Of a stretch of 64,000 nucleotides of DNA, positions 25,591 through 39,399 are shown in pieces (position 1 is the stretch's first letter; the number at the start of each line of letters is the position of its first letter). The stretch is from Camelus dromedarius (taxonomy: Eukaryota), in NCBI RefSeq assembly GCF_036321535.1, contig NC_087436.1, positions 3,100,001 to 3,164,000 of the forward strand, written 5' to 3'. The notes below the pieces were generated by a model. That model ran no database searches. It was not told where the DNA came from and saw only the letters and a list, made by a program, of their open reading frames with translations. The translations under genes were made by a program, and so were the position numbers.

Positions 25591-28500
25591 GAAGGACGGC
25601 TTTCACACACACTTATCTCTCAGAACTGAGCATGTGGAGAGACGTTCGTTCATCAAGCACAAAGGGAACGGGTTGAAGGAGAAACTTTTCTCTGGTTTCT
25701 CAGTCTATTTCCTAGTGCCGGTTTGAAGTTCCTGCAGTTTTCACTGTAAAACCGAGTTGGAGCTAGTACCAACCCATATATATGTATGGAGTGGAGATTG
25801 CAATTGAAGAGAAACTTTGTGTTCCCAACAAGCTATGTGAAGGACGGCTTTCACACACAGTTAACTCTCAGATCTGAGCATGTGGAGAGACGTTCGTTCA
25901 TCTAGCACAAAGGAAACGTGTTGCAGGGGAAACTTTTACTCTGGTTTCTCAGTCTGTTTCCTAGTACCGGTTTGAAGTTTCTTTAGTTTTCACTGTAAAA
26001 CCGAGTTGGTGCTAGTACCACCCCATATATATGTATGGAGTGGAGTTTGCAACTGAAAAGAAGCTTTGTTTTCCAAAGAAGCTAGGTGAAGGACGGCTTT
26101 CACACACACTTATCTCTCAGAACTGAACATGTGGAGAGACGTTCGTTCATCTTGCAAAAAGGGAACGGTTTGCAGGAGAAATTTTACTCTGGTTTCTCAG
26201 TCTGTTTCCTAGTCCGGTTTGTTGTTCCTGCAGATTTCACTGTAAAACTAAGTTGGAGCTAGTACCTCCCCATATATATGTATGGAGTGGGGTTTGCAAA
26301 TGAAAAGAAACTTTTTGTTCCCAAGAAGCTTTGTGAAAGACGGCTTTCACACACACTTATCTCTCAGAACTGAGCATGTGGAGAGACGTTCATTCATCTA
26401 GCACAAAGAGAAAGGTTTGCAGGAGAAACTTTTACTCTGGTTTCTCAGACTATTTCCTAGTGCCGGTTTGAATTTCCTGCAGGTTTCACTGTAAAACCGA
26501 GTTGGAGCTTGTACTTCCCCTTATATATGTATGGAGTGGAGTTTGCAAATGAAAAGAAATTTGTTATCCCAAGAAGCTATGTGAAAGACGGCCTTCACAC
26601 ACACTTATCTCTCAGAACTGAGCATGTGCAGAGACGTTCGTTCATCTAGCACAAAAGAACGGGTTGCAGGAGAAACTTTTTCTCTGGTTTCTCAGTCTGT
26701 TTCCTAGTGCCGGTTTGAAGTTCCTGCAGTTTTCACTGTAAAACCGAGTTGGAGCTAGTACTTCCCCATATATATTTATGGAGTGTAGTTTGCAACTGAA
26801 AATAAACTTTGTGTTCCCAACAAGCTAGGTTAAGAAAGGCTTTCACACACACATATATCTCAGAACTGAGCATGTGGAGAGACTTTCGTTCATCTAGCAC
26901 AAAGGGAACTGGTTGCAGGAGAAACTTTTACTCTGGTTTCTCAGTATGTTTCCTGTTGCCGCTTTGAAGTTCCTGCAGTTTTCACTGTAAAACCGAGTTG
27001 GAGCTAGTACATCCCCATAAATATGTATGGAGTGGAGTTTGCAACTGTAAAGAAACTTTGTGTTCCCAACAAGCTAGGTGAAGGACGGCTTTCACACACA
27101 ATTATCTCTCAGAACTGAGCATGTGGAGAGACGTTCGTTCATCTAGCACAAAGGGAACGGGTTGCAGGAGAAACTTTTACCCTGGTTTCTCAGTCTGTTT
27201 CCTAGTGCCGGTTTGAAGTTCCTGAAGGTTTCACTGTAACACCGAGTTGGAGCTAGTACCTCCCCATATATATGTATGGAGTGGAGATTGCAATTGATGA
27301 GAAAATTTGTGTTCCCAAAAAGCTATGTGAAGGACGGCTTTCACACACAGTTAACTCTCAGATATGAGCATGTGGAGAGACGTTCGTTCATCTAGCACAA
27401 AGGAAACGTGTTGCAGGGGAAACTTTTATTCTGGTTTCTCAGTCTGTTTCCTAGTACCGGTTTGAAGTTCCTTTAGTTTTCACTGTAAAACCGAGTTGGT
27501 GCTAGTACCACCCCATATATATGTATGGAGTGGAGTTTGCAACTGAAAAGAAGCTTTGTGTTCCAAACAAGCTAGGTGAAGGACGGCTTTCACACACACT
27601 TATCTCTCAGAACTGAGCATGTGGAGAGACGTTCGTTCATCTTGCAAAAATGGAACGGTTTGCAGGAGAAATTTTACTCTGGTTTCTCAGTCTGTTTCCT
27701 AGTACCGGTTTGAAGTTACTGCAGGTTTCACTGTAAAAACGAGTTGGAGTTGTACCTTCCCATATATAAGTATGGAGTGGAGTTTGCAACTGAAAAGAAA
27801 CTTTGTGTTCCCAAAAAGCTAAGTGAAGGACGGCTTTCACACACAGTTAACTCTCAGAACTGAGCATGTGGAGAGACGTTCGTTCATCTAGCACAAAGGA
27901 AACGTGTTGCAGGGGAAACTTTAACTCTGGTTTCTCAGTCTGTTTCCTAGTACCGGTTTGAAGTTCCTTTAGTTTTCACTGTAAACCCGAGTTGGGGCTA
28001 GTACATCCCCATATATTTGTATGGAGTGGAGTTTGCAACTGAAAAGAAGCTTTGTGTTCCAAACAAGCTAGGTGAAGGACGGCTTTCACACACACTTATC
28101 TCTCAGAATTGAGCATGTGGAGAGACGTTCGTTCATCTTGCACAAAGGGAACGTTTTGCAGGAGAAACTTTTACTCTGGTTTCTCAGTATGTTTCCTGTT
28201 GCCGCTTTGAAGTTCCTGCAGTTTTCACTGTAAAACCGAGTTGGAGCTAGTACATCCCCATATATTTGTATGGAGTGGAGTTTGCAACTGAAAATAAACT
28301 TTGTGTTCCCAACAAGCTAGGTTAAGAACGGCTTTCACACACACATATATCTCAGAACTGAGCATGTGGAGAGACTTTCGTTCATCTAGCACAAAGGGAA
28401 CTGGTTGCAGGAGAAACTTTTACTCTGGTTTCTCAGTATGTTTCCTGTTGCCGCTTTGAAGTTCCTGCAGTTTTCACTGTAAAACCGAGTTGGAGCTAGT

Positions 28501-31500
28501 ACATCCCCATAAATATGTATGGAGTGGAGTTTGCAACTGTAAAGAAACTTTGTGTTCCCAACAAGCTAGGTGAAGGACGGCTTTCACACACAATTATCTC
28601 TCAGAACTGAGCATGTGGAGAGACGTTCGTTCATCTAGCACAAAGGGAACGGGTTGCAGGAGAAACTTTTACCCTGGTTTCTCAGTCTGTTTCCTAGTGC
28701 CGGTTTGAAGTTCCTGAAGGTTTCACTGTAACACCGAGTTGGAGCTAGTACCTCCCCATATATATGTATGGAGTGGAGATTGCAATTGATGAGAAAATTT
28801 GTGTTCCCAAAAAGCTATGTGAAGGTCGGCTTTCACACACAATTAACTCTCAGATATGAGCATGTGGAGAGACGTTCGTTCATCTAGCACAAAGGAAACG
28901 TGTTGCAGGGGAAACTTTTATTCTGGTTTCTCAGTCTGTTTCCTAGTACCGGTTTGAAGTTCCTTTAGTTTTCACTGTAAAACCGAGTTGGTGCTAGTAC
29001 CACCCCATATATATGTATGGAGTGGAGTTTGCAACTGAAAAGAAGCTTTGTGTTCCAAACAAGCTAGGTGAAGGACGGCTTTCACACACACTTATCTCTC
29101 AGAACTGAGCATGTGGAGAGACGTTCGTTCATCTTGCAAAAATGGAACGGTTTGCAGGAGAAATTTTACTCTGGTTTCTCAGTCTGTTTCCTAGTACCGG
29201 TTTGAAGTTCCTGCAGGTTTCACTGTAAAAACGAGTTGGAGTTGTACCTTCCCATATATAAGTATGGAGTGGAGTTTGCAACTGAAAAGAAACTTTGTGT
29301 TCCCAAAAATCTAAGTGAAGAACGGCTTTCACACACAGTTAACTCTCAGAACTGAGCATGTGGAGAGACGTTCGTTCATCTAGCACAAAGGAAACGTGTT
29401 GCAGGGGAAACTTTAACTCTGGTTTCTCAGTCTGTTTCCTAGTACCGGTTTGAAGTTCCTTTAGTTTTCACTGTAAACCCGAGTTGGGGCTAGTACATCC
29501 CCATATATTTGTATGGAGTGGAGTTTGCAACTGAAAAGAAGCTTTGTGTTCCAAACAAGCTAGGTGAAGGACGGCTTTCACACACACTTATCTCTCAGAA
29601 TTGAGCATGTGGAGAGACGTTCGTTCATCTTGCACAAAGGGAACGTTTTGCAGGAGAAACTTTTACTCTGGTTTCTCAGTCTGTTTCCTAGTACCGGTTT
29701 GATGTTCCTGCCGTTTTCACTGTAAAACCGAGTTGGAGCTAGTACCTCCCCATATATATGTATGGAGTGGAGTTTGCAAGTGAAAAGAAACTTTGTGTTC
29801 CCAAAAAGCTAGGTGAAGGACGGCTTTCACACACACTTATCTCTCAGAACTGAGCATGTGGAGAGACGTTCGTTCATCAAGCACAAAGGGAACGGGTTGA
29901 AGGAAAAACTTTTACTCTGGTTTCTCAGTCTGTTTCCTAGTGCCGGTTTGAAGTTCCTGCAGTTTTCACTGTAAAACCGAGTTGGAGCTAGTACCAACCC
30001 ATATATATGTATGGAGTGGAGATTGCAATTGAAGAGAAACTTTGTGTTCCCAACAAGCTATGTGAAGGACGGCTTTCACACACAGTTAACTCTCAGATCT
30101 GAGCATGTGGAGAGACGTTCGTTCATCTAGCACAAAGGAAACGTGTTGCAGGGGAAACTTTTACTCTGGTTTCTCAGTCTGTTTCCTAGTACCGGTTTGA
30201 AGTTTCTTTAGTTTTCACTGTAAAACCGAGTTGGTGCTAGTACCACCCCATATATATGTATGGAGTGGAGTTTGCAACTGAAAAGAAGCTTTGTTTTCCA
30301 AAGAAGCTAGGTGAAAGACGGCTTTCACACACACTTATCTCTCAGAACTGAACATGTGGAGAGACGTTCGTTCATCTTGCAAAAAGGGAACGGTTTGCAG
30401 GAGAAATTTTACTCTGGTTTCTCAGTCTGTTTCCTAGTCCGGTTTGTTGTTCCTGCAGATTTCACTGTAAAGCTAAGTTGGAGCTAGTACCTCCCCATAT
30501 ATATGTATGGAGTGGGGTTTGCAAATGAAAAGAAACTTTTTGTTCCCAAGAAGCTTTGTGAAAGACGGCTTTCACACACACTTATCTCTCAGAACTGAGC
30601 ATGTGGAGAGACGTTCATTCATCTAGCACAAAGAGAAAGGTTTGCAGGAGAAACTTTTACTCTGGTTTCTCAGACTATTTCCTAGTGCCGGTTTGAATTT
30701 CCTGCAGGTTTCACTGTAAAACCGAGTTGGAGCTTGTACTTCCCCTTATATATGTATGGAGTGGAGTTTGCAAATGAAAAGAAATTTGTTATCCCAAGAA
30801 GCTATGTGAAAGACGGCCTTCACACACACTTATCTCTCAGAACTGAGCATGTGCAGAGACGTTCGTTCATCTAGCACAAAAGAACGGGTTGCAGGAGAAA
30901 CTTTTTCTCTGGTTTCTCAGTCTGTTTCCTAGTGCCGGTTTGAAGTTCCTGCAGTTTTCACTGTAAAACCGAGTTGGAGCTAGTACTTCCCCATATATAT
31001 TTATGGAGTGTAGTTTGCAACTGAAAATAAACTTTGTGTTCCCAACAAGCTAGGTTAAGAACGGCTTTCACACACACATATATCTCAGAACTGAGCATGT
31101 GGAGAGACTTTCGTTCATCTAGCACAAAGGGAACTGGTTGCAGGAGAAACTTTTACTCTGGTTTCTCAGTATGTTTCCTGTTGCCGCTTTGAAGTTCCTG
31201 CAGTTTTCACTGTAAAACCGAGTTGGAGCTAGTACATCCCCATAAATATGTATGGAGTGGAGTTTGCAACTGTAAAGAAACTTTGTGTTCCCAACAAGCT
31301 AGGTGAAGGACGGCTTTCACACACAATTATCTCTCAGAACTGAGCATGTGGAGAGACGTTCGTTCATCTAGCACAAAGGGAACGGGTTGCAGGAGAAACT
31401 TTTACCCTGGTTTCTCAGTCTGTTTCCTAGTGCCGGTTTGAAGTTCCTGAAGGTTTCACTGTAACACCGAGTTGGAGCTAGTACCTCCCCATATATATGT

Positions 31501-32547
31501 ATGGAGTGGAGATTGCAATTGATGAGAAAATTTGTGTTCCCAAAAAGCTATGTGAAGGACGGCTTTCACACACAGTTAACTCTCAGATATGAGCATGTGG
31601 AGAGACGTTCGTTCATCTAGCACAAAGGAAACGTGTTGCAGGGGAAACTTTTATTCTGGTTTCTCAGTCTGTTTCCTAGTACCGGTTTGAAGTTCCTTTA
31701 GTTTTCACTGTAAAACCGAGTTGGTGCTAGTACCACCCCATATATATGTATGGAGTGGAGTTTGCAACTGAAAAGAAGCTTTGTGTTCCAAACAAGCTAG
31801 GTGAAGGACGGCTTTCACACACACTTATCTCTCAGAACTGAGCATGTGGAGAGACTTTCGTTCATCTTGCAAAAATGGAACGGTTTGCAGGAGAAATTTT
31901 ACTCTGGTTTCTCAGTCTGTTTCCTAGTACCGGTTTGAAGTTCCTGCAGGTTTCACTGTAAAAACGAGTTGGAGTTGTACCTTCCCATATATAAGTATGG
32001 AGTGGAGTTTGCAACTGAAAAGAAACTTTGTGTTCCCAAAAAGCTAAGTGAAGGACGGCTTTCACACACAGTTAACTCTCAGAACTGAGCATGTGGAGAG
32101 ACGTTCGTTCATCTAGCACAAAGGAAACGTGTTGCAGGGGAAACTTTAACTCTGGTTTCTCAGTCTGTTTCCTAGTACCGGTTTGAAGTTCCTTTAGTTT
32201 TCACTGTAAACCCGAGTTGGGGCTAGTACATCCCCATATATTTGTATGGAGTGGAGTTTGCAACTGAAAAGAAGCTTTGTGTTCCAAACAAGCTAGGTGA
32301 AGGACGGCTTTCACACACACTTATCTCTCAGAATTGAGCATGTGGAGAGACGTTCGTTCATCTTGCACAAAGGGAACGTTTTGCAGGAGAAACTTTTACT
32401 CTGGTTTCTCAGTCTGTTTCCTAGTACCGGTTTGATGTTCCTGCCGTTTTCACTGTAAAACCGAGTTGGAGCTAGTACCTCCCCATATATATGTATGGAG
32501 TGGAGTTTGCAAATTAAAAGAAACTTTGTGTTCCCAAGAAGCTATGT
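25591..32547 (+). repeat. Distinct subdomain built on an 11-monomer unit (~2,733 bp), two copies; the first carries an internal 6-monomer (1,492 bp) tandem duplication
   Basis: CATCAAGCAC...GGTTGAAGG monomers start at 25591 and 29815 (4224 bp, 17 monomers = 11+6). ORF copies at 27637, 29129 and 31862 are offset by 1492 and 2733. Private motifs include GAGTTGTACCTTCC, TTGGGGCTAG and GAATTGAG. Confidence 0.88.
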
Positions 32548-33850
32548 GAAAGACGGCCTTCACACACACTTATCTCTCAGAACTGAGCATGTGGAGAGAC
32601 TTTCGTTCATCTAGCACAAAGGGAACGGGTTGCAGGAGAAACTTTTACTCTGGTTTCTCAGTCTATTTCCTAGTGCCGGTTTGAAGTTCCTGCAGGTTTC
32701 ACTCTAAAACCGATTTGGAGCTAGTACCTACCCATATATATGTATGGAGTGCAGTTTGCAACTGAAAAGAAACTTTGTGTTCCCAAAAAGCTAGGTGAAG
32801 TTCGGCTTTCACACACACTTATCTCTCAGAAATGAGCATGTGCAGAGACGTTCGTTCATCTAGCACAAAAGAACGGGTTGCAGGAGAAACATTTTCTCTG
32901 GTTTCTCAGTCTGTTTCCTAGTGCCTGTTTGAAGTTCCTGCAGTATTCACTGTAAAACCGAGTTGGAGCTAGTACCTCCCCATATATATGTATGGAGTGG
33001 AGTTTGCAACTGAAAAGAAACTTTGTGTTCCCAAAAAGCTAAGTGAAGGACGGCTTTCACACACAGTTAACTCTCAGAACTGAGCATGTGGAGAGACGTT
33101 CGTTCATCTAGCACAAAGGAAACGTGTTGCAGGGGAAACTTTAACTCTGGTTTCTCAGTCAGTTTCCTAGTACCGGTTTGAAGTTCCTTTAGTTTTCACT
33201 GTAAACCCGAGTTGGGGCTAGTACATCCCCATATATTTGTATGGAGTGGAGTTTGCAACTGAAAAGAAGCTTTGTGTTCCAAACAAGCTAGGTGAAGGAC
33301 GGCTTTCACACACACTTATCTCTCAGAATTGAGCATGTGGAGAGACGTTCGTTCATCTTGCACAAAGGGAACAGTTTGCAGGAGAAACTTTTACTCTGGT
33401 TTCTCAGTCTGTTTCCTAGTACCGGTTAGTTGTTCCTGCCGTTTTCACTGTAAAATCGAGTTGGAGCTAGTACCTCCCCATATATATGTATGGATTGGAG
33501 TTTGCAAATGAAAAGAAACTTTGTGTTCCCAAGAAGCTATGTGAATGACGGCATTCACACACACTTATCTCTCAGAACTGAGCATGTGGAGAGACGTTCA
33601 TTCATCTAGCACAAAGGGAACGGGTTGCAGAAGAAACTTTTACTCTGGTTTCTCAGCCTATTTCCTAGTGCCGGTTTGAAGTTCCTGCAGGTTTCACTGT
33701 AAAACCGATTTGGAGCTAGTACCTACCCATATATATGTATGGAGTGCAGTTTGCAACTGAAAAGAAACTTTGTGTTCCCAAAAAGCTAGGTGAAGGTCGG
33801 CTTTCACACACACTTATCTCTCAGAAATGAGCATGTGCAGAGACTTTCGT
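32050..33850 (+). repeat. Local ~4-monomer duplication (period ~995 bp)
   Basis: CCCGAGTTGGGGCTAGTACATC occurs at 32211 and 33206. It is followed in both copies by the GAATTGAG monomer, the CCTACCCAT...GAGTGCAG monomer and GAAATGAGCATGTGCAG. Confidence 0.8.
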
Positions 33851-36800
33851 TCATCTAGCACAAAGGGAACTGGTTGCAGGAGAAACTTTTACTCTGGTTT
33901 CTCAGTATGTTTCCTGTTGCCGCTTTGAAGTTCCTGCAGTTTTCACTGTAAAACCGAGTTGGAGCTGGTACATCCCCATAAATATGTATGGAGTGGAGTT
34001 TGCAACTGTAAAGAAACTTTGTGTTCCCAACAAGCTAGGTGAAGTACGGCTTTCACACACAATTATCTCTCAGAACTGAGCATGTGGAGAGACGTCCGTT
34101 CATCTAGCACAAAGGGAACTGGTTGCAGGAGAAACTTTTACCCTGGTTTCTCAGTCTGTTTCCTAGTGCCGGTTTGAAGTTCCTGAAGGTTTCACTGTAA
34201 AACCGAGTTGGAGCTTGTACCTCCCCATATATATGTATGGAGTGGAGATTGCAACTGAAGAAAAACTTTGTGTTCCCAAAAAGCTATGTGAAAGACGGCT
34301 TTCACACACAGTTTACTCTCAGATATGAGCATGTGGAGAGACGTTCGTTCATCTAGCACAAAGGAAACTTGTTGCAGGGGAAACTTTTACTCTGGTTTCT
34401 CAGTCTTTTTCCTAGTACCGGTTTGAAGTTCCTTTAGTTTTCACTGTAAAACCGAGTTGGTGCTAGTACCTCCCCATATATATGTATGGAGTGGAGTTTG
34501 CAACTGAAAAGAAACTTTGTGTTCCCAACAAGCTAGGTGAAGGACGGCTTTCACACACACTTATCTCTCAGAACTGAGCATGTGGAGAGACGTTCGTTCA
34601 TCTAGCACTAAGGAAACTGTTTGCAGGAGAAACTTTTACTCTGGGTTCTCATACTGTTTCCTAGTGCCGGTTTGAAGTTCCTGCAGTTTTCACTGTAAAA
34701 CCGTGTTGGAGCTAGTACCTCCCCATATATATGTATGGAGTGGAGTTTGCAATTGAAGAGAAACTTTGTGTTCCCAACCAGCTATGTGAAGGACGGCTTT
34801 CACACACAGTTAACTCTCAGAACTGAGCATGTGGAGAGACGTTCGTTCATCTAGCACAAAGGAAACCGTTTGCAGGAGAAATTTTTACTCTGGATTCTCA
34901 CTCTATTTCCTAGTGCCAGTTTGAAGTTCCTGCAGTTTTCACTGTAAAAACGAATTGGAGCTAGTACCTCCCCATATATAAGTATGGAGTGGAGTTTGCA
35001 AATGAAAAGAAACTTTGTGTTCCCAACAAGCAATGTGAAGGACGGCTTTCACACACAGTTAACTCTCAGAACTGAGCATGTGGAGACACGTTCGTTCATC
35101 TAGCACAAAGGAAACGTTTTGCAGGGGAAACTTTTACTCTGGTTTCTCAGTCTGTTTCCTAGTACCGGTTTGAAGTTCCTTTAGTTTTCACTGTAAAACC
35201 GAGTTGGAGCTAGTACATCCCCATATATATGTATGGAGTGGATTTTGCAACTGAAAAGAAGCTTTGTTTTCCAAACAAGCTAGGTGAAGGACGGCTTTCA
35301 CACACACTTATCTGTCAGAACTGAGCATGTGGAGAGACGTTCGTTCATCTTGCACAAAAGGAACGGTTTGCAGGAGAAATTTTACTCTGGTTTCTCAGTC
35401 TTTTTCCTAGTACCGTTTTGTTGTTCCTGCAGTTTTCACTGTAAAACCGAGTTGGAGCTAGTACCTCCCCATATATATGTATGGAGTGGAGTTTGCAAAT
35501 GAAAAGAAACTTTGTGTTCCCAAGAAGCTATGTGAAAGACGGCTTTCACACACACTTATCTCTCTGAACTGAGCATGTGGAGAGACGTTCATTCATCTAG
35601 CACAAAGAGAAAGGTTTGCAGGAGAAACTTTTACTCTGGTTTCTCAGTCTATTTCCAAGTGCCGGTTTGAAGTTCCTGCAGGTTTCACTGTAAAACCGAT
35701 TTGGAGCTAGTACCTCCCCATATATATGTATGGAGTGGAGTTTGCAACTGAAAAGAAGCTTTGTGTTCCCAACAAGCTTGGTGAAGTACGGCTTTCACAC
35801 ACACTTATCTCTCAGAACTGAGCATGTGGAGAGACGTTCGTTCATCTAGAACAAAGGGAACGGGTTGCAGGAGAAACTTTTACTCTGGTTTCTCATTCTG
35901 TTTCCTAGTGCCGGTTTGAAGTTCCTGCAGTTTTCATTGTAAAACCGTGTTGTAGCTAGAACCTACCCATATATAAGTATGGAGTGGAGTTTGCAACTGA
36001 AAAGAACCTTTGAGTTTCCAACAAACTAGGTGAAGGACGGCTTTCACACACAGTTAACTCTCAGAACTGAGCATGTGGGGAGACGTTCGTTCATCTAGCA
36101 CAAAGGAAACGGGTTGCAGGGAAAAGTTTTACTCTGGATTCTTAGTCTGTTTCCTAGTGCCCGTTTGAAGTTCCTGTAGTTTTCACTGTAAAACCGAGTT
36201 GGAGATAGTAATTAACATATAAATATGTATGAAGTGGAGTTTGAAAGTGAAAAGAAACTTTGTGTTCCCAAGAAGTTAGGTGAAGGACGGCTTTCACACA
36301 CAATTATCTCTCAGAACTGAGCATGTGGAGAGACGTTCGTTCATCTTGCAAAAAGGGAACGGTTTGCAGGAGAAATTTTACTCTGGTTTCTCAGTCTGTT
36401 TCCTAGTACCGGTTTGTTGTTCCTGCAGTTTTCACTGTAAAACCGAGTTGGAGCTAGTACCTCCCCATATATATGTATGGAGTGGAGTTTGCAAATGAAA
36501 AGAAACTTTTTGTTCCCAAGAAGCTTTGTGAAAGACGGCTTTCACACACACTTATCTCTCAGAACTGAGCATGTGGTGAGACGTTCATTCATCTAGCACA
36601 AAGAGAACGGGTTGCAGGGGAAACTTTTACTCTGGTTTCTCAGACTATTTCCTAGTGCCGGTTTGAAGTTCCTGCAGGTTTCACTGTAAAACCGAGTTGG
36701 AGCTAGTACCTCCCCATATATATGTATGGAGTGGAGTTTGCAAATGAAAAGAAATTTGTTTTCCCAAGAAGCTATGTGAAAGACGGCATTCACACACACT

Positions 36801-39399
36801 TATCTCTCAGAACTGAGCATGTGCAGAGACGTTCGTTCATCTAGCACAAAAGAACGGGTTGCAGGAAAAAGTTTTTCTCTGGTTTCTCAGTCTGTTTCCT
36901 AGTGCCGGTTTGAAGTTCCTGCAGTTTTCACTGTAAAACCGAGTTGGAGATAGTACCTCCCCATATATATGTATGGAGTGGAGTTTGCAACTGAAAAGAA
37001 ACTTTGTGTTCCAAACAAGCTAGGTGAAGGACGGCTTTCACACACAGTTAACTCTCAGAACTGAGCATGTGGAGAGACGTTCTTTCATCTAGCACAAAGG
37101 AAAATTGTTGCAGGTGATACTATAACTCTGGTTTCTCAGTCTGTTTCCTGTTGCCGTTTTGAAGTTCCTGCAGTTTTCACTGTAAAACAGAGTTGGAGCT
37201 AGTACCTCCCCATATATATGTAGGGAGTGGATTTGGCAAATGAAAAGAAACTTTGTATTCCAAACCAGCTAGTTGAAGGACGGCTTTCACACACACTAAT
37301 ATCTCAGAAATGAGCATGTGGAGAGACGTTCGTTCATCTAGCACAAAGTATACGGGTTGCAGGAGAAACTTTTACTCTGGTTTCTCAGTCTGTTTCCTGT
37401 TGCCGTTTTGAAGTTCCTGTAGTTTTCACTGTAAAACAGAGTTGTAGCTAGTACCTCCCCATATATATGTATGGAGTGGTGTTTGCAACTGAATAGAAAC
37501 TTTCTGTTCCCAACAATCTAGGTGAAATACGGCTTACACACACACTTATCTCTCAGAAATGGTCATGTGGAGAGACGTTCGTTCATCTAGCACAAAGGGA
37601 ACGGGTTGCAGGGGAAACTTTTACTCTGGTTTCTCAGTCTGTTTCCTAGTGCCGGAGTGAAGTTCCTGCAGTTTTCACTGTAAAACCGAGTTGGAGCTAG
37701 TACCTCCCCATATATATGTATGGAGTGGAGTTTGCAAGTGAAAAGAAACTTTGTGTTCCCAACATGCTAGGTGAAGGACGGCTTTCACACACACTTATCT
37801 CTCAGAACTGAGCATGTGGAGAGACGTTCGTTCATCTAGCACAAAGAGAACGGGTTGCAACAGAAACTTTTACTCTGGTTTCTCAGTTTCCAAGTGCCGG
37901 TTTGAAGTTCCTGCAGTTTGCACTGTAAAACCGAGTTGGAGCTAGTACCTCCCCATATATTTGTATGGAGTGGAGTTTGCAACTGAAAAAAAACTTTGTA
38001 TCCCAACAAGCTAGGTGAAGAACGGCTTTTAAACACACTTATCTCTGAGAACTGAGCATGTGGAGAGACGTTCGTTCATCTAGCACAAAGGGAACAGTTT
38101 GCGGGAGAAAATTTTACTCTGGTTTCTCAGTCTGATTCCTAGTGCCGGTTTGAAGTTCCTGCAGTTTTCACTGTAAAACCGAGTTGGAGCTAGTACTTCA
38201 CCATATATTTGTATGAAGTGGAGTTTGCAACTGAAAAGAAACTTTGTGTTCCCAACAAGCTAGTTGAAGGACGGCTTTTACACACACTTATCTCTCAGAA
38301 CTGAGCATGTGGAGAGACGTTCGTTCATCTAGCACAAAGGGAACGGGTTGCAACCGAAACTTTTACTCTGGTTTCTCAGTCTGTTTCCTAGTGCCGCTTT
38401 GAAGTTCCTGCAGTTTTCACTGTAAAACCGTGTTGGAGCTAGTACCTCCCCATATATACGTATGGAGTGGAGTTTGCAAGTGAAAAGAAACTTTGTGTTC
38501 CCAACAAGCTAGGTGAAGGACGGCTTTCACACACACTTATCTCTCAGAACTGAGCATGTGGAGAGACGTTCGTTCATCTAGCACAAAGGTAACGGATTGC
38601 AGGAGAAACTTTTAAACTGGTTTCTCAGTCTGTTTCCTAGTGCCGATTTGAAGTTCCTGCAGTTTTCACTGTAAAACCGAGTTGGAGCTAGTACCTCCCA
38701 TATATATATTTATGGATTGGAGTTTGCAAGTGAAAAGAAACATTGTGTTCCCAACAAGCTAGGTGAAGGACGGCTTTCACACACACTTATCTCTCAGACC
38801 TGAGCATGTGGAGAGACTTTCTTTCATCTAGCACAAAGGGAACGGGTGCAGGAGAAACTTTTACTCTGGTTTCTCAGTCTGTTTTCTAGTGCCGGTTTAA
38901 GTTCCTGCAGTATTCACTGTAAAACATATTTGGAGCTAGTACCTCCCCATATATATGTATGGAGTGGAGTTTGCAAGTGAAAAGAAACTTTGTGTTCCCA
39001 ACAAGCTAGGTGAAGGGCGGCTTTCACACACACTTATCTATGAGAACTTAGCATGTGGAGAGACGTTCGTTCTCTAGCACAAAAGGAACAGTTTGCAGGA
39101 GAAACTTTTACTCTGGTTTCTCAGTCTGTTTCCTAGTTCCGGTTGAAGTTCCTGCAGTTTTCACTGTATAACCGAGTTGGAGCTATACCTCCCCATATAT
39201 ATATATGGAGTGGAGTTTGCAAGTGAAAAGAAACTTTGTCTTCCCAACAAGCTATGTGAAGAACGGCTTTCACACACAATTATCTCTGAGAACTGAGAAT
39301 GTGGAGAGACGTTCGTTCATCTAGCACAAAGGGAAGAGTTTGCTGGAAAAACTTTTACTCTTGTTTCTCAGTCTGTTTCCTAGTGCCGGTTGAAGTTCC

